From NCBI GenBank assembly GCA_963749075.1, contig CAVVLJ010000017.1, positions 256,001-320,000 of the forward strand: a stretch of 64,000 bases of DNA. Direction: 5' to 3'. Below, in pieces: positions 1 through 9,719 of this stretch. This stretch comes from an uncultured Pseudomonadota bacterium. GTDB taxonomy: Bacteria; Pseudomonadota; Alphaproteobacteria; JACZXZ01. The translations under genes were made by a program, and so were the position numbers. The notes below the pieces were generated by a model. It had not been told where the DNA came from. It saw only the letters and a list, made by a program, of their open reading frames with translations, and made no database searches. Numbering within the stretch: position 1 is the first letter of the stretch; each line of letters opens with the position of its first letter.

Positions 1-222
1 GCCCGAGAAGAGCGGCAGGCCCAGGGGCAGCGAGTAGCGGCTGTAGCCGTAGGACCACTTGGAGACGAAGAGATAGTCGCCGATCAAGAGCGTCGGGATC
101 ATCGAGCCCGAGGGGATGTTGAAGGGCTCATAGGCGACCGTACGGATCACGATCGCGATCAACACGGCGTAAACCACCGTCTTGACCGTTTCCCAAAGCG
201 AACCGGCTTTCTTCCTGGTCAT
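1..222 (-). CDS. lepB: Signal peptidase I (5' part; runs off window start)
   Basis: Manual translation MTRKKAGSLWETVKTVVYAVLIAIVIRTVAYEPFNIPSGSMIPTLLIGDYLFVSKWSYGYSRYS; catalytic Ser box IPSGSMxPTL and GDxLFVSK. Confidence 0.93.
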   Translation of the reverse strand, partial: MTRKKAGSLWETVKTVVYAVLIAIVIRTVAYEPFNIPSGSMIPTLLIGDYLFVSKWSYGYSRYSLPLGLPLFSG

Positions 223-421
223 GAATTTTGGTCTGTAACTCTCTGACATCATTCAACTCTCATCCGAGCCGCACGGGCCATTGCGGATGGATCAAGCCAG
301 CCGGAGGCGGCTCTGTCAAGCGACTTCCCCGGCGGCACCTTCTGCGCAGAGGGCCCGCCGGAATCGCTTTCCACGCGACCGAGTCGCGCGCTACAAAGCG
401 AGACACCACAAGGCAGCGCCG

Positions 422-1603
422 ATGCCACTCCCCTGCCGCGGCCTCCGCGTCCTCGAGTTCAGCCATACCATCATGGGGCCGTGCGCCGGGATGACGCTGG
501 CCGACCTCGGCGCCGACGTGGTCAAGATCGAGGCGGCGCCCGACGGCGACGCCACGCGGCGGCTGCCCGGCTTCGCCGGCGGCTTCTTCTCCTTCTTCAA
601 CCGCAACAAGCGCAGTCTCGCGGTCGACCTCAAGCACCCCTTGGGCCATGCCCTGGTGCGGCGCCTTGCCGCAAGCGCCGACGTGGTGATCGAGAACTAC
701 GCCCCCGGTACCATGGAGCGCCTCGGAGTCGGCTGGGAGGAGCTCAAGGAGGCCAACCCGCGGCTCGTCTATCTCTCCCTCAAGGGCTTCCTCTCCGGCC
801 CCTACGAGAGCCGCCCGGCGCTCGACGAGGTGGTGCAGTTCATGTCCGGGCTCGCCTACATGACCGGGCCGCCGGGGCAGCCCTTGCGCGCCGGCGCCTC
901 GATCGTCGACATCCTCGGCGGCAGCTACGGCGTCATCGGCGTGCTGGCGGCCTTGCGCGAGCGCGACTCGAGCGGCCGCGGACAGCTCGTCAAGGCGGCA
1001 CTCTTCGAGAGCGCCGTGCTCCTCATGGGGCAGCACATGGCGGGCAGCGCCCTGGTGGGCCAGCCCATGCCGCCCATGCCGGCGCGGCGCGGCGCCTGGG
1101 CGATCTACGAGCCCTTCGCCACCGCCGGCGGCGAGCAGATCTTCCTCGCCGTCACCAGCGACAACCATTGGCGGCGCTTCTGCGCGGCCTTCGCCCGCGG
1201 CGATCTCCTGGCCGACCCGCGCTTGGCTTCGAACGCCGCCCGCGTGGAGGCGCGCGCGTGGCTGCTGCCGCTCGTTGCCGCGATGGTGAAGCCCTTCGCC
1301 AAGGAGCGGCTCGTCGAGATCCTCGAGGAGAACGCCATCCCCTGGGCGCCCGTCGCGCGGCCGGAGGATCTCTTCGCGGACCCGCACCTCAACAGCGGCG
1401 GCAAGCTCGCGGAGGTCGAGCTCGCCAACGGCGTCCGCGTCAAGCTTCCTCTGCTGCCGCTCGAGCTCGACGGCGCCGTGCCCGGCTTGAGAAGGCAGGC
1501 GCCGCGCCTGGGCGAGCATACGTCGGAGCTTCTTGCCGAGGCGCATCTCAGCGCCGCCGAAATCCGCGAGCTTGCCCGCCAGGCCGTCGTCGTGCTCGGC
1601 TGA
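422..1603 (+). CDS. CaiB/BaiF family (class III) CoA-transferase
   Basis: LRVLEFS..IMGP..LADLGADVVKIE, NRNKRSLAVDLK, DVVIENY motifs. Confidence 0.92.
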   Translation: MPLPCRGLRVLEFSHTIMGPCAGMTLADLGADVVKIEAAPDGDATRRLPGFAGGFFSFFNRNKRSLAVDLKHPLGHALVRRLAASADVVIENYAPGTMERLGVGWEELKEANPRLVYLSLKGFLSGPYESRPALDEVVQFMSGLAYMTGPPGQPLRAGASIVDILGGSYGVIGVLAALRERDSSGRGQLVKAALFESAVLLMGQHMAGSALVGQPMPPMPARRGAWAIYEPFATAGGEQIFLAVTSDNHWRRFCAAFARGDLLADPRLASNAARVEARAWLLPLVAAMVKPFAKERLVEILEENAIPWAPVARPEDLFADPHLNSGGKLAEVELANGVRVKLPLLPLELDGAVPGLRRQAPRLGEHTSELLAEAHLSAAEIRELARQAVVVLG

Positions 1604-1623
1604 GGCGGCACAGCCGCGCTGCG

Positions 1624-2142
1624 CTAGCCGCCGGGACTGCCCTCTGCGCGAGGCCGGCGCGGCGGCGGTGCGGCGAGAACGTCGTTCCAGCAGCGCTCGA
1701 GCGTGCGCATCACATCCGCGGCATCGCCCAGCATGGTCGAGGTCATGCGGCTCCCCAGCGCCGCGGCATGGTCGCTGCAAAGCGCATCGATCGCCTTGTA
1801 GAGGGCCACCCCCTTGTCGGTGAGGCGCACGCGCACGGCCCGCCGGTCGTGCTGCGAGCGCTCCTGGGAAATATAGCCGGAGCCGGCGAGCTTCTTGAGA
1901 TTGTAGGTGATGTTGGTGCCGAGATAGTAGCCGCGCTGCGTGAGGTCGCCGACGCTGTACTCGTCCGGGCCGATGTTGAAGACGATGAGCGCCTGCACGT
2001 TGTTCACGTCGCGCACCGCCATGCGGTCGAGCTCCGCCTTGACGACGTCGAGGAGCCGGCGGTGCAGCCGCTCGAAGAGATTGACGATCTGCAGGTAGGT
2101 CAGCTTCTCGGATTGGCTCGCGCTCGGCTCGGAGGTCGTCAT
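1624..2142 (-). CDS. MarR family transcriptional regulator (LdtR-like)
   Basis: ERLHRRLLDVVK...RGYYLGTNITYNLKKL...DRRAVRVRLT. Confidence 0.88.
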   Translation of the reverse strand: MTTSEPSASQSEKLTYLQIVNLFERLHRRLLDVVKAELDRMAVRDVNNVQALIVFNIGPDEYSVGDLTQRGYYLGTNITYNLKKLAGSGYISQERSQHDRRAVRVRLTDKGVALYKAIDALCSDHAAALGSRMTSTMLGDAADVMRTLERCWNDVLAAPPPRRPRAEGSPGG

Positions 2143-2215
2143 GGGCTCTCCTCGGGGCTCTCCTCAAGATCGACTCGGCTGCCGGCCGCATCCCCGCGCC
2201 GCGGCAGCATCCGCG

Positions 2216-2722
2216 TCACTCCTGGACCTGCAACGCCCGCTGCTCGCTGGTCTGCTTGACCTTGCGCAGACGCTGCTGGCTTTCCTCCGCGAGATGGAGG
2301 GCGGCCTTCAGCCGCTCGATGATGGCGTTCTCGTGCAGCTCCTCGGCCTGGTTCAAGGCGAGGAGTATCTTGTCGCTGAGCCGCCGGTTGAGCTCGGGCA
2401 CCTCGGCGGCCTGGACCTCGTAGCCGACCTTGTATTGCGCCCTGATCTCGACTCCGGTGCCGTCCAGCTTCTTGCGCAGCGAGTAGATCGCGACGCGAAT
2501 GGAGGTTGCCGCCGTCTCCGGCTCGCGCTGACCGTAGACCGATTGGATGAGCGACTCGAGCGAGGTGGTGCGGCCGCGATTGTTCAACAGCACCCGGAGA
2601 ATGTCCGCTTCATGCGGGGTCAAATGAATGATCCGACCGCGGTAAAAGATGACATTGCGAATATAATCGAACTCGAAATTCTTGTGGTCGGCTTTCTCGA
2701 TTAATTTTTGCCGGCGTCCCAT
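2216..2722 (-). CDS. Stand-alone OmpR/PhoB-type winged-helix DNA-binding protein (no receiver domain)
   Basis: IHLTPHEADILRVLL...SIRVAIYSLRKKL...VGYE; start taken at MGRRQK (ORF track extends to 2860). Confidence 0.8.
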   Translation of the reverse strand: MGRRQKLIEKADHKNFEFDYIRNVIFYRGRIIHLTPHEADILRVLLNNRGRTTSLESLIQSVYGQREPETAATSIRVAIYSLRKKLDGTGVEIRAQYKVGYEVQAAEVPELNRRLSDKILLALNQAEELHENAIIERLKAALHLAEESQQRLRKVKQTSEQRALQVQE

Positions 2723-3218
2723 AGCATCCACCCAAGCGACGGAGTGCCGCCAAAGCCCTGCGGCCGGATACGCAACAATTGTACCAATCGCAATGATGCC
2801 TCGCCAATGGTTTATGGTCCCGCCGGCCGCGCGGCGCTTCTTCACCGCCGGAAGCTCCATGAATTCGCTGCTGTCGCGGTGCCTGAGGCCGCAGTTTCAC
2901 GCATCGGGCGAGCGCGGCGGTGCAGGCGGAGGAGGTGGCGGTTGTTGTCACAACCGCGCTCTCGGCCTCGCGTCCGGGTCGGAGCGCAAAAGGGCCGCCG
3001 TCGACCCAAACTTGCCCACTACTTCGGCTCGATGTCAAAAAGTGCCGGCAACCGCCTCGAGGAATTAGCGAACAGCCGTTCCGTCCTGGCCTATTCATAA
3101 CATTTTCTTTAGATTCACGGCGTAGCCTGACTGTTCTGTGGCTCGACGAGTCGCGCCGGGGCGCGGCCATCGCGTCGAGGTGAGGGGGAGATGTCCGTTA
3201 CTCGCGCAAGACGGCCAC

Positions 3219-3458
3219 ATGACTGAGGGAGTGGCACCTCTGCCTGCCGGCCGCAGCACCTTGCGATGGCTCACGCGGCGCCGAGGCGGCGCCAAGGCGC
3301 CGGAGGCGTCCGGCGAGCTGCGGCAAGGCAAGGGCGACGAGGCGGAACGCGAGCCGTCGCCGGCGCTCTGGTTCCTCCTCGATCTCGTCGGCATCGCCAT
3401 CTGCGCCTACGTGGTCTGGGAGGGCGCGGAGCTGCTGATCGCCACCGTCGGCCGTTGA
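3219..3458 (+). CDS. Small hypothetical membrane protein
   Basis: C-terminal hydrophobic helix LWFLLDLVGIAICAYVVW; host-like codon usage. Confidence 0.45.
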   Translation: MTEGVAPLPAGRSTLRWLTRRRGGAKAPEASGELRQGKGDEAEREPSPALWFLLDLVGIAICAYVVWEGAELLIATVGR

Positions 3459-3699
3459 CGACTGGCAAATAGCCGCCCATTCTGCGGCGGCGCTCCTGCC
3501 CCGCGATGCCCCCGGAGAGCTGTCCACAAACGATCGTCTCAGCGCCCTCTTCGCTCGGGCGGTTGCGAGCGCGCGGCTTAGAGCGCGCGGCCTACCGCCA
3601 GAGCGATTGCGCGGCGCCAGCGGCCGGGGTTGAATGGCGGGCGGCCGCGGCGCCGGCGGCCGTCGGGGAACCGCGGGCCATCGAGATACCGGGAGCGCC

Positions 3700-5316
3700 A
3701 TGAGGCTCATCAAGCGGAGTGCCAGGTCGAGCCCGAAGCTGAGCCTCGTGCTCGTCGACTGGAGCGTGCGCGAGAGCTTCCACCTGCTCCATTACCTGGC
3801 GCGCCAGGACGTCCCGCGCGAGCTCTTCGAAGTCATCGTCGTCGAGTACTACGACCGGCGCTCGGACGCGGTCGCGGCGCACGAGGAGCAGGTCGACGCC
3901 TGGCTGCTGCTCGAGATGCCGGCCTCGACCTATTACCACAAGCACCTGATGTACAACGCCGGCCTCCTGCTCGCAAAGGGCGACATCGTCGTGGTCGGCG
4001 ATTCCGACGCGATGGTCCGCGAAAGCTTCATCCGCTCGATCCTCGAGCGCTTCGCCGCCGAGCCCGGCATCGTGCTCCACCTCGATCAGTACCGCAACGA
4101 CCGCAAGGACCTCTATCCGTTCCGCTACCCCTCCTTCGAGGACGTGACCGGTCCCGGCTGCATCAATGACGGCGGCGGACGCACGATGGGTCTCGCCGAC
4201 CGCCGCGACCCGCTCCATTCGCGCAACTACGGCGCCTGCATGTGCGCGCGGCGCGACGACCTCATCGCCATCGGGGGCGCCGACCAGCACATCGACTACC
4301 TCGGCCACATCTGCGGGCCTTACGAGATGACCTTCCGGCTCCTCAACATGGGGCGGCGCGAGGTATGGCATGCGAGCGAGTTCATGTATCACAGCTGGCA
4401 TCCGGGCGCCTACGGAGCGGACAACTATCTCGGACCCCACGACGGACGGCACATGTCGTCGACGGCGCTCGAGGCGCTTGCCAGCGGGCGCGTGCTGCCG
4501 CTCGTCGAGAACGCGGCGATTCGCGCCCTACGCTGCCGCGAGCCGCTCGACGAGGCAGCACTCGGCAGCCGCCTGATCGCTCCCGAGGATGCGCGCGACT
4601 GGCAGCGCGACGCCATCCGCAGAGCGAGCCGCGAGGAGCGCTTTCGGCTGCTGCGCTACGCCCGGATGCCCTGCCGCTACAGGGGCTTCCGCCTCGAGCG
4701 CGCGGCCGCCGGCTTCACGGCGCTGCCGCTCCTCGACGGCGCTGCAGCGGCAGGGCCCCGCGGCGAGGCGAGCGGGAGCGGCTCGCTCGCGGACCTGCTC
4801 GACAAGCTCGATCGCCGCGCGGCGCCGGCCGACCGCCTGGCGGCGGCGCTGGGCGGGCCGCTCTTCGTCGCCCACCGGCTGGTCGGGCGGCTGGTGCGCC
4901 GCGGATCGCGCGGCGGGCGGAGCGGCGGCGGGCGCGCCGCGCCGAGGGCGCCCTTCCTCGCGCGCTGGCTGAGACGCCTCCGCTTTCTCGCGCGCGAGAC
5001 CCGGACCTATGTCGCTGAGCTCGCGGGCTTGGGCGAGGCCTTGGCCCTGCTGCCGCGCGGCAGGAGCACCGGAGAGCTGCTCGTCGTGGTCGGCGGCAGG
5101 GTGGATGCCCGCTATCTGCAGCTGCTTGCGCGCCTGGCGCTCCTTCCTCGCCTCGACATCCGCCATGCGGCGGATCTCGATGAGCTCGAGAGTCTCCTCG
5201 CGGCACTGGCCGAGCGGGGCTGGGGCGGCAAGCTGGTCGCTCCGCGCGCACTCTATGCGCGGTTCCATGCGGCGTTTGCGCAGCGGCGCCCGGCGCTCGA
5301 GATCGTCGTCGCGTGA
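3700..5316 (+). CDS. GT-A fold (GT2-like) glycosyltransferase with extended C-terminal region
   Basis: LSLVLVDW, FEVIVVE, YNAGLLLAKGDIVVVGDSD (DxD), IGGADQ..YLG; GGAG RBS before ATG. Confidence 0.8.
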   Translation: MRLIKRSARSSPKLSLVLVDWSVRESFHLLHYLARQDVPRELFEVIVVEYYDRRSDAVAAHEEQVDAWLLLEMPASTYYHKHLMYNAGLLLAKGDIVVVGDSDAMVRESFIRSILERFAAEPGIVLHLDQYRNDRKDLYPFRYPSFEDVTGPGCINDGGGRTMGLADRRDPLHSRNYGACMCARRDDLIAIGGADQHIDYLGHICGPYEMTFRLLNMGRREVWHASEFMYHSWHPGAYGADNYLGPHDGRHMSSTALEALASGRVLPLVENAAIRALRCREPLDEAALGSRLIAPEDARDWQRDAIRRASREERFRLLRYARMPCRYRGFRLERAAAGFTALPLLDGAAAAGPRGEASGSGSLADLLDKLDRRAAPADRLAAALGGPLFVAHRLVGRLVRRGSRGGRSGGGRAAPRAPFLARWLRRLRFLARETRTYVAELAGLGEALALLPRGRSTGELLVVVGGRVDARYLQLLARLALLPRLDIRHAADLDELESLLAALAERGWGGKLVAPRALYARFHAAFAQRRPALEIVVA

Positions 5317-5469
5317 GGCGGCGCAAAATCCGGCTTGGCGAGACCGCGGCACTCGTTCAGAATCCGCCCGAGCCGGGTTCCGGGGTCGGGCGCGCAGACG
5401 CCCTCCGGCTCCCGATCGTCGCCGACGAGCTTCGAGAAACGTAAGATCAACCTTCGCGGATCAAGGTCC

Positions 5470-6468
5470 ATGGGCCGGACGAGGCGGCATTCGACAGATT
5501 CCGCTGCGACTGCCCCGCCGGCGCCCGAGGCGCTCGAGCGGATTTACCGCTCCTTGCGGCTCATCCGCCGAATGGAGGAGGAGATCGCGCGCATCTATCC
5601 CTCGGACAAGATCAAGAGCCCGGTCCATCTCTCGATCGGGCAGGAGGCGGTGGCGGTCGGCGTGTGCGACGCCCTTAAGCCCGACGACGTGGTTGCCCCC
5701 ACCTACCGCGGCCACGCGGCCTTTCTCGCCAAGGGGGGCTCACCCAAGGCGATGCTGGCGGAGCTCTACGGCAAGGCGGCGGGCGTCGCCGAGGGCAAGG
5801 GCGGCTCGATGCATCTCGTCGACATGAGCCACGGCGTGCTCGGCGCCTCGGCCGTGGTCGGCACCACGATCCCGGTCGCCGCCGGCTATGCGCTGGCGCT
5901 CAAGCGCGCCGGCGGCGGGCGGGTGGTCGCCGCCTTCATCGGCGATGGCGCCACGGAGGAGGGCGTCTTCGCCGAGACGCTCAATTTCGCGGCGCTGCAC
6001 AAGCTCCCGCTCCTCTTCGTCTGCGAGAACAACGGCCTGGCGATCCACACGCGGCTCGGCAAGCGCTGGGCCACGGAGCGCCTCTGCGAGCGGGTCGCGG
6101 CCTACGGCATCCCGGCCGAGCGTATCGCGGACGGCGACGTGCTCGCGATCCGTGCGGCCACCGCATCGGCAGTGACGGCCATGCGCGAGGGCGGCTCCGG
6201 ACCTCGCTTCCTCGAGTGCGTCACCTACCGCTGGCGCGAGCACGTGGGTCCCGGCGAGGACTATGACGCCGGCTATCGCAGCCGCAGCGAGCTCGAGCCG
6301 TGGCTCGAGTCCGATCCCGTGGCGCTGCTCGCCGGCCTCGTGAAGCCCGCGCGGCGGCGCGTGATCGATGCCGCGGTCGAAGAGGAGATCGCGGAGGCGG
6401 CCGCCTTCGCGGAGGCTAGTCCCTTCCCGGCACCCGAGGCGCTTTACACCCATGTCTTCGCCGAATAG
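5470..6468 (+). CDS. TPP-dependent dehydrogenase E1 alpha-like subunit
   Basis: VHLSIGQEA, GKGGSMH, TPP motif GDG...CENN, TYRWREH. Confidence 0.92.
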   Translation: MGRTRRHSTDSAATAPPAPEALERIYRSLRLIRRMEEEIARIYPSDKIKSPVHLSIGQEAVAVGVCDALKPDDVVAPTYRGHAAFLAKGGSPKAMLAELYGKAAGVAEGKGGSMHLVDMSHGVLGASAVVGTTIPVAAGYALALKRAGGGRVVAAFIGDGATEEGVFAETLNFAALHKLPLLFVCENNGLAIHTRLGKRWATERLCERVAAYGIPAERIADGDVLAIRAATASAVTAMREGGSGPRFLECVTYRWREHVGPGEDYDAGYRSRSELEPWLESDPVALLAGLVKPARRRVIDAAVEEEIAEAAAFAEASPFPAPEALYTHVFAE

Positions 6469-7522
6469 CGCGCCGCGCATGCTCTCCTACGTGGAGGCGC
6501 TGCGCGAGGCGGCGGCCCAAGAGATGCGGCGCGATCCGGCCGTCTTCGTGATGGGGCTCGACGTAGCCGACCACAAGGCGATCCAGGGCACCACGCGCGG
6601 CCTCGTCGACGAGTTCGGGCCGGAGCGCGTGCTGGCGACGCCGCTCTCGGAGGATGCCATGACCGGCGTGGCGATCGGCGCCGCCATGGCGGGCTTGCGC
6701 CCTATCCATGTCCATATCCGCATGGATTTCCTCATGCTGTGCATGAACCAGCTCATCAACCTCGCCGCCAAGAGCCATTACATGTATGGCGGCCAGCTCC
6801 GCGTGCCGCTCGTCGTGCGCAGCATCATCGGCCGCTCCTGGGGCCAGGGGCCGCAGCACTCGCAAGGGCTCCACGCCATGTTCATGCACGTGCCGGGCCT
6901 CAAGGTGGTGGCCCCTTCCAACGCGCACGACGCCAAGGGCTGCCTCGCCGCCGCCATCCGCGACGACAATCCGGTGATCTTCGTCGAGCACCGCCTGCTC
7001 TATGCCAGCAAGTCCCCGGTGCCGCGCGAGCCCTACGTCGTGCCCCTCGGCAAGGCGCGCATCGTAGCCGAGGGCCGCCACGTCACCATCGTCGGCATCT
7101 CGCAGATGCTGCCCGAGGCGCTCAAGGCGCGCGCCCTTCTCCTCGAGCGCGGCATCGAGGCCGAGGTCATCGACCCGATCTCGCTGGTGCCGCTCGACAT
7201 CGACACCATCGCCCGCTCGGCGCGCCGCACCGGCCGGCTCCTCGTCGTCGACAGCGCCTGGACGAGCTGCGGGGCGAGCGCCGAGATCGTGGCGCGGGTC
7301 GCCGAGGAGAGCGCCGAGGGTGCTGCGGTGCGCGTGCGCCGGCTCGGCTTCGCCCCCACGCCCTGCCCGACCACGCCCGTGCTCGAGCGCGCGTTCTATC
7401 CCGATCCCGCCAAGATCGCCCAGGCGGCCTATGCCATGGTGCGGCCCGCGGCCGGCGCCTGGCAGCCCGACCCGGCGGCAGCAGTGCTCGCCGGCGAGGT
7501 CGAGTTCCGCGGCCCCTTCTGA
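6452..7522 (+). CDS. TPP-dependent dehydrogenase E1 beta-like subunit
   Basis: TPLSEDAMTGVAIGAAMAGLRP, GPQHSQ, PGLKVVAPS, DDNPVIFVEH; overlaps alpha stop. Confidence 0.92.
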   Translation: MSSPNSAPRMLSYVEALREAAAQEMRRDPAVFVMGLDVADHKAIQGTTRGLVDEFGPERVLATPLSEDAMTGVAIGAAMAGLRPIHVHIRMDFLMLCMNQLINLAAKSHYMYGGQLRVPLVVRSIIGRSWGQGPQHSQGLHAMFMHVPGLKVVAPSNAHDAKGCLAAAIRDDNPVIFVEHRLLYASKSPVPREPYVVPLGKARIVAEGRHVTIVGISQMLPEALKARALLLERGIEAEVIDPISLVPLDIDTIARSARRTGRLLVVDSAWTSCGASAEIVARVAEESAEGAAVRVRRLGFAPTPCPTTPVLERAFYPDPAKIAQAAYAMVRPAAGAWQPDPAAAVLAGEVEFRGPF

Positions 7523-7576
7523 GAGCGGCGCCGACCCCGTCCCACGCGAGGAGCCAGTCCCACCTGAGGAGATGGC

Positions 7577-8746
7577 ATGTTCTACGAGCTGGCGGCCAGC
7601 AACTGGGGCCCCGAGGAGCACGCGGCCATCGCGCGCGTGATCGCCTCCGACCGCTTCACCATGGGGCCATGCGTCGCCGCCCTCGAGGAGGCCTTCGCGC
7701 GCTACAGCGGCCGCGCCCACGCGGTCATGGTGAACTCGGGCTCCTCGGCCAACCTGATCGCGGTAGCATCCCTCTGCCACAAGCGCGAGCGGCCGCTCGC
7801 GCGCGGCGACGAGGTGATCGTGCCGGCCGTCTCCTGGGCTACCACCTATCATCCGCTGCAACAATACGGCCTCCGCTTGCGCATCCTCGACATCGAGCTC
7901 GACACCCTGAATATGGATTGGCGCCGGCTCGAGGAGGCGCTCGGCCCACGCACGCGCGCGGTGGTGGGCGTCAGCATCCTCGGCAACCCCGCGGCACTCG
8001 ACGCGATTGAGCGCTTCGCGCTCGGGCACGGCCTCTATTTCATCGAGGACAACTGCGAATCGCTCGACGCCGAGCTCGGCGGGCGCAAGACCGGCAGCTT
8101 CGGCCACGTCAGCACCGCGAGCTTCTTCTTCTCCCACCACGTCACCACGATGGAGGGCGGCATGCTGGCGACCGACGACCGCGAGCTCTACGAGCTGGCG
8201 CTCTCGCTCCGGGCGCACGGCTGGGCGCGCGACCTGCCTCGGGACTCGATCATCCACGAGAGGAGCGACGACGCCTTCAACGAGGCCTACCGCTTCATCC
8301 TGCCGGGCTACAACGTGCGGCCGCTCGAGCTGTGCGGCGCCATCGGGCTCGAGCAGCTCAAGAAGCTGCCGGCCGCGACCGCGGCGCGGCGGCGCAATTG
8401 GAACTATTTCCAGAAGCTCTTCGCGGGCGACAACCGCTACATCATCCAGCGCGAGAACGGCAAGAGCTCGGCCTTCTCCTTCACCCTCATCCCGAGCCCG
8501 CAGACCGGCGTCGCGCGCAGGGACATCCTGCCGCTGCTCAAGGACGCCGACATCGGCTACCGCATGATCACCGGCGGCTGCATCACGCGCCACGAGGTGA
8601 TCCGCTATTACGACTACTCGACGCTCGGCGATCTCCCCAACGCCAACCTCGCCCACGACCAGGGCTTCTTCGTCGGCAACCATCCCTTCGACCTGACGCC
8701 GCAGATCGAGCGCCTGCGCGAGGTGCTCGACCGCGCCATGCGCTGA
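7577..8746 (+). CDS. colD: ColD-like GDP-4-keto-6-deoxy-D-mannose 3-dehydratase (DegT/DnrJ PLP family)
   Basis: IVPAVSWATTYHPLQQYGL, EDNCES, FFFSHHVTTMEGG (His where aminotransferases have the PLP Lys), LRAHGW, LPGYNVRPLE all match ColD as I recall it. Confidence 0.82.
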   Translation: MFYELAASNWGPEEHAAIARVIASDRFTMGPCVAALEEAFARYSGRAHAVMVNSGSSANLIAVASLCHKRERPLARGDEVIVPAVSWATTYHPLQQYGLRLRILDIELDTLNMDWRRLEEALGPRTRAVVGVSILGNPAALDAIERFALGHGLYFIEDNCESLDAELGGRKTGSFGHVSTASFFFSHHVTTMEGGMLATDDRELYELALSLRAHGWARDLPRDSIIHERSDDAFNEAYRFILPGYNVRPLELCGAIGLEQLKKLPAATAARRRNWNYFQKLFAGDNRYIIQRENGKSSAFSFTLIPSPQTGVARRDILPLLKDADIGYRMITGGCITRHEVIRYYDYSTLGDLPNANLAHDQGFFVGNHPFDLTPQIERLREVLDRAMR

Positions 8747-8839
8747 GGGGGCGCTCCGCCGCCTTGCCGGATGTGCCGAATTGGCCCATAATTCCGCATA
8801 AGGGCAAAGCCACGCAGAAACGCCCGCCAAGGAGGCCAC

Positions 8840-9700
8840 ATGTCGAACTCACGCCTGCTTGCGTGCGCCCTCGCCGGCGCCACGGCACTCTCCCTCGCGG
8901 CACCCTCCGCCTTCGCCAAGGATTGGACCAAGGTCGTCATCGCCACAGAGGGCGCCTACGCCCCCTACAACATGCACGCGCCCGACGGCACGCTGATCGG
9001 CTTCGAGATCGACCTCGGCAACGACCTCTGCCGCCGTGCGAAGCTCACTTGCGAGTTCATGGCGCAGGATTGGGACGGCATCATCCCCGGGCTCAATGCC
9101 GGCAAGTACGACGCTATCATGTCGGGCATGAGCATCACCGCCAAGCGCATGGAAGTGATCAGCTTCTCGCGCAACTACCTGGCCTCGCCCACCACCTTCG
9201 CGGTGCTGAAGACGTCGGCGCTGGCGAGCATGCCCGACACGGGAAAACGCGTCTCGCTCGACGACAAGGCGGCGACCGACGCGGTGATGAAGGACCTGGC
9301 CGCGGCGCTCAAGGGCAAGATCATCGGCGTGCAGGTCGCCACCATCCAGGCCGACTTGCTCAAGACCTACTTCAAGGACATCGTCGAGGTGCGCACCTAC
9401 AAGACGACCGAAGAGCACGACCTCGACCTCCAGGCCGGCCGCGTGGACGCGGCACTCGCCGCCACCTCCTATTTCGTCTCCACCCTCTCCAAGCCCGGCG
9501 GCGACAAGCTGACGCTCGCCGGCCCGCTCTTCACGGGCGGGCTCCTCGGCCACGGCCCCGGCATCGGGCTCAGGAAGTCCGACCCCGAGCTCAAGGCGAT
9601 CTTCGACAAGGCGATCGACGCCGCAATCGCCGACGGCACGGTGCGCACGCTTTCGCTCAAGTGGTTCAAGACCGACATATCGCCGCCGCCCTCAAGCTGA
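8840..9700 (+). CDS. Polar amino acid/opine ABC transporter substrate-binding protein
   Basis: Signal peptide; ATEGAYAPYN, QDWDGIIPGL, DLQAGRVDA. Confidence 0.92.
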   Translation: MSNSRLLACALAGATALSLAAPSAFAKDWTKVVIATEGAYAPYNMHAPDGTLIGFEIDLGNDLCRRAKLTCEFMAQDWDGIIPGLNAGKYDAIMSGMSITAKRMEVISFSRNYLASPTTFAVLKTSALASMPDTGKRVSLDDKAATDAVMKDLAAALKGKIIGVQVATIQADLLKTYFKDIVEVRTYKTTEEHDLDLQAGRVDAALAATSYFVSTLSKPGGDKLTLAGPLFTGGLLGHGPGIGLRKSDPELKAIFDKAIDAAIADGTVRTLSLKWFKTDISPPPSS

Positions 9701-9719
9701 GCGAGGGGCGCCGGCGGCC

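Noticed and set aside
5470-7522. Annotation as housekeeping pyruvate dehydrogenase pdhA/pdhB
   Set aside because: No lipoyl domain on the beta subunit, no E2/E3 nearby, and the genes are embedded among sugar genes
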